From the NCBI RefSeq assembly GCF_964213995.1, contig NC_135830.1:9362001-9426000 (forward strand): 64,000 nt of DNA. The letters are read 5' to 3'. Within the stretch, counting starts at the first letter, position 1, and every line of letters begins with the position of its first letter. The stretch is from Mustelus asterias (Eukaryota). Made by a program: the position numbers and the translations under genes. Positions 60,901-64,000 of the stretch are shown in pieces. The notes beneath the pieces are model-generated. The model saw nothing but the letters and a program-made list of their open reading frames with translations. It was not told the origin of the DNA and searched no databases.

Positions 60901-61199
60901 CATGTGACAGTAGGTTGGTTCTATTCCTTCCCCACAGATGCTGTCAGATCAGTTGAGATTTCCAAGCATTTTCTGTTTTTTGCACAGATTCCAGCATTCA
61001 TTGTATTTTGCTTTTTTGTGCAATTGTGACCTCTTGATCTCGATTGCCCAATAAGAAGAAACATTTTGTCTATGTTCACTCTATCATCCCTCGTAAAATT
61101 TTATGTAATTCGATCGCTTCAGCATCTTGTGGGACGATTTCGCCTCAGTGTCAATTTCATGCCCCAGCAAACTCCCAGCGACTGTATACCGCTGTGCCG

Positions 61200-62785
61200 C
61201 CAGCTAGCAGAGATGGCAGCGCAGTGGTATACAATCGGGAGTGAGTTGCCCTGGGAATTCTTAACATCGACTCTGTCGTCTCATGGCTTCAGGTTAAACA
61301 TGTGGAAGGAAACCTCTTACTGGATACCAGGTGCCGCCCTCCTTCGGCTCATGAATCAGTGATCCTCCATGTTGAAATACACTTGGAGGAAGCACTGAGG
61401 GTGGCAAGGGCACAGAATGTACTCTGGATGGGGGATTTCAATGTCCACCACCGAGAATGGCTCAGTCGCAGCAATACTGATCGAGCTGGTCGGGTCCTAA
61501 AAGATGTCACTGTTAGACTTGATCTGCAGCAGCTGGTGAAGGAACCAACAAGAGGAAATAACATACTTGACCTCATCCTTACCAATCTGCCGGCTGCAGA
61601 TGCAACTGTCCACGACGGTATCCGCAACAGTGATCACTGCATAATCCGTGTGGAGACGAAGTCCCACCTTTGCATTGAGAATAGCCTCCATTGTGTTATG
61701 TGGCACTATCACCGTGTTTAATGGGACAGACTTCGAACCGATCTCGGAACTCAAGACTAGGCATGCATGGGGCGTTGTGGGCCACGAACAGCAGGGGAAC
61801 TGTACTCCAGCACTATCTGCAATCTCATGGCCCAGAATATACCCCACTTAACCATTACCATCAAGTCAGGGAATCAACTCTGGTTCAACTGAGAGTGCAA
61901 GGGTGTTGGGGCGGTGAGGGGGGGGATGTGTGTGTGTGTGGGGGGGGGGGGGGGGGGGGGGGGGAGGGGGACGCGCAGGAGTAGCACCAGGCATACCAAA
62001 CTGTGAGGTGTCAACCTGGAGAAACTACCAAACAGGACTCTGTACATGCCAAATGGCAAAAACAATAAGTGATAGACAGAGGTAAGCGATCCCACAACCA
62101 ACAGATCAGAGCTAACCTCTTCAGTCCTTCCACATCCAGTCGTGAATGGTGGTGGACAATTAAACAACTCACTGGAGGAAGAAGATCCACAAATATCCTC
62201 ATCCTCACTGATGGTGCAGCCCAGCACCTCATTGCAAAAGATAAACCTGAAGAATTCGAAGCAATCTTCAGCCAGGAGTGTCGACTGGATGATCCATCTC
62301 GGCCTCCTCCAGTGGTCCCCAGCATCTCAAATGCTCGTCTCCAGCCAATTCGATGCACTTCATTTGATACCAAGAAACGGTTGGAGGCACTGGACACTGG
62401 AAAGGCAATGGAGCCTGATAACATTCCGGCAAAAGTACTTGTGCTGTCGAACTTACCGCTCCCCCAGCCAAGTTGTTCTCGGACAATTACAACACTGGCA
62501 TCTTCGCAACAATGTGGAAAATTGCCCAGGGATTTCCTGCACAAAAAAAGGCACGGCAAATCCAACTAGCCAATTATCGCCAAATTAGACGACTCTCCAT
62601 CATCTGTAAAGCGATGGCAGGGTCGTCAACAGACCTCCTCAGCAAAGCCCAGTTTGAGTTTCGCCAGGGTGACTCAGCTGCAGTCCTCATTTGACCTTTT
62701 GTTCAAACATGGACAATGGAGCTGAATTCCCGAGGTGAGCTGAGAGTGATAGGCCTTGACAACAAGGCCGCATTTGACCAAGTGT
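61200..62785 (+). mobile_element. Degenerate LINE (APE-RT) of a family distinct from the young CR1s; further pieces at ~63610-64000
   Basis: WMGDFNVHH, EPTRGNNILDLILTN, SDH, NYRQI and LDNKAAFDQV, with many frameshifts. Confidence 0.8.
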
Positions 62786-62832
62786 TTAAATTACCACGTG
62801 TAACTTGCGGCTATAAACTAAAGTTGAAAACA

Positions 62833-62905
62833 AGGCTCCAGCGAGGATTGAACTCGCGACATCTGGTTTACGAGACCAGTGCTCTAACCACTGAGCTATG
62901 GAGCC
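62833..62905 (-). tRNA. tRNA-Thr(CGT)
   Basis: GGCTCCATAGCTCAGTGGTTAGAGCACTGGTCTCGTAAACCAGATGTCGCGAGTTCAATCCTCGCTGGAGCCT, with a T4 terminator just downstream. Confidence 0.92.
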
Positions 62906-64000
62906 AATCCTTTGCAATTAGCTTGCAATAAATGTACAATAATCAGTGGAACAGACTGCATTTTCAGATGGAAATAGATATGCTTGAGCGGGAGAGCAGG
63001 GAGTTAGAATATGTGGCGATAAAGGGGCAGAATTTGACATGTGCCAGTTACTTCAAACGATCAATGTTTGCCGTGTGCCTGCCGATAAATTCTTCTTCTG
63101 AGCTTATACTTGTTGTTACATCTCTGACTTTTCCACGTCTGATACAATTCATCCAGTTTGAAGATTAACCCTTGTTTCTCCCTTCACAGACGATGTGAGG
63201 CCTAATTTGATTTAATGAAGAGTTAAACAAAAAAATGTTCAGCCCGTGACTGGGAATCAATCCCGGGCACGGCGCCGAATCCTGACCAATAGAAAAGCTC
63301 ATATGAGAGATTTGCAATTAGACCATAATCATCTATTTTCCCACTGCCTCATTTCATGTCATTGTCTAAACTTTGCCAGATAGTCACACAGCCAATCTAT
63401 CATTTATAAGCAATTACAGCAAATACGTGGCCAATCCACCTAACATGCACAACTGGACACTGTGGGAGGAAACTTGAACACCGGCAGGAAACTCAGGCAC
63501 ACACGGGGAGAACGTGCAAACGCCACACAATTACCGAAGGCTGGAATTGAAGCCGGGTCCCTGGCGCTGCGAAGCCACCGCGGCGCCCACTATGCGACAA
63601 TCACTTCCACTGCAGCGTTGATTGGAAGACAAAGATGTTTGTGGATACATTGGAAAAAACGAGAGCTCCCGGCACTGGCAATCTTCCAGCAATTTTAATG
63701 AAGCGTTGTGCTCCTGAACTTGCCGCGCTCCGAGTCAAGCAGTTTCAGTACAACTGCATCACTGGCAAACTGCAAATCAAATCAAGACAATTACCACCAG
63801 TCTGCTCTCGGTCATCAGGAATGTGATAGAAGGGGTGAACAAACATTGTGTCAAAAGCACTGACTTCGCAGTAACCAGCTAACAGTTAATCAGAGAAGTC
63901 TGAAATCTGCAACAAAGAGAAACCTTCTCCAGTCAGCCTTTGTTCACACATGGACAAAAGAGCTGTACTCCAGAGGTGTGACGAATGTGGTTGCCTGTGA

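Noticed and set aside
1-64000. CRISPR arrays, rRNA or prokaryotic systems
   Set aside because: The sequence is vertebrate genomic DNA. No regularly spaced repeat-spacer array or rRNA similarity was seen.

Overview
Eukaryotic, repeat-rich genomic window. It is very likely from a cartilaginous fish (shark), inferred from HE1/V-SINE-type SINEs, CR1-clade LINEs, Penelope elements and a GPR139-like receptor. 1-9 kb: three T-cell-receptor alpha/delta-like V pseudogene segments (two on +, one on -), with leader exons, CRE/CCAAT promoter motifs, 23-bp-spacer RSSs, and a divergent pair of CTCF-like sites between the convergent Vs. 9.7-16 kb: a C2H2 zinc-finger relic, a Penelope fragment and a near-intact full-length CR1. 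17-20 kb: an intact two-exon 327-aa class A GPCR (GPR139/142-like). About 16-63 kb: a birth-and-death tRNA gene cluster built from diverged segmental duplications and inversions (apparently intact Leu-TAG, Asn-GTT, Thr-CGT and Pro-TGG; impaired Thr-TGT, Cys-GCA and Lys-CTT; many pseudogenes), invaded by young and nested CR1s. The most unusual observation is a well-formed tRNA-Pro(UGG) gene with an 18-nt intron at the canonical 37/38 position and an intact anticodon-intron pair; two decayed paralogues carry an insert at the same site. Minimal hammerhead-ribozyme motifs occur in the Penelope repeats, and one distinct copy lies in an unclassified region downstream of telomere-like repeats. All coordinates were read by eye, and repeat boundaries are approximate.
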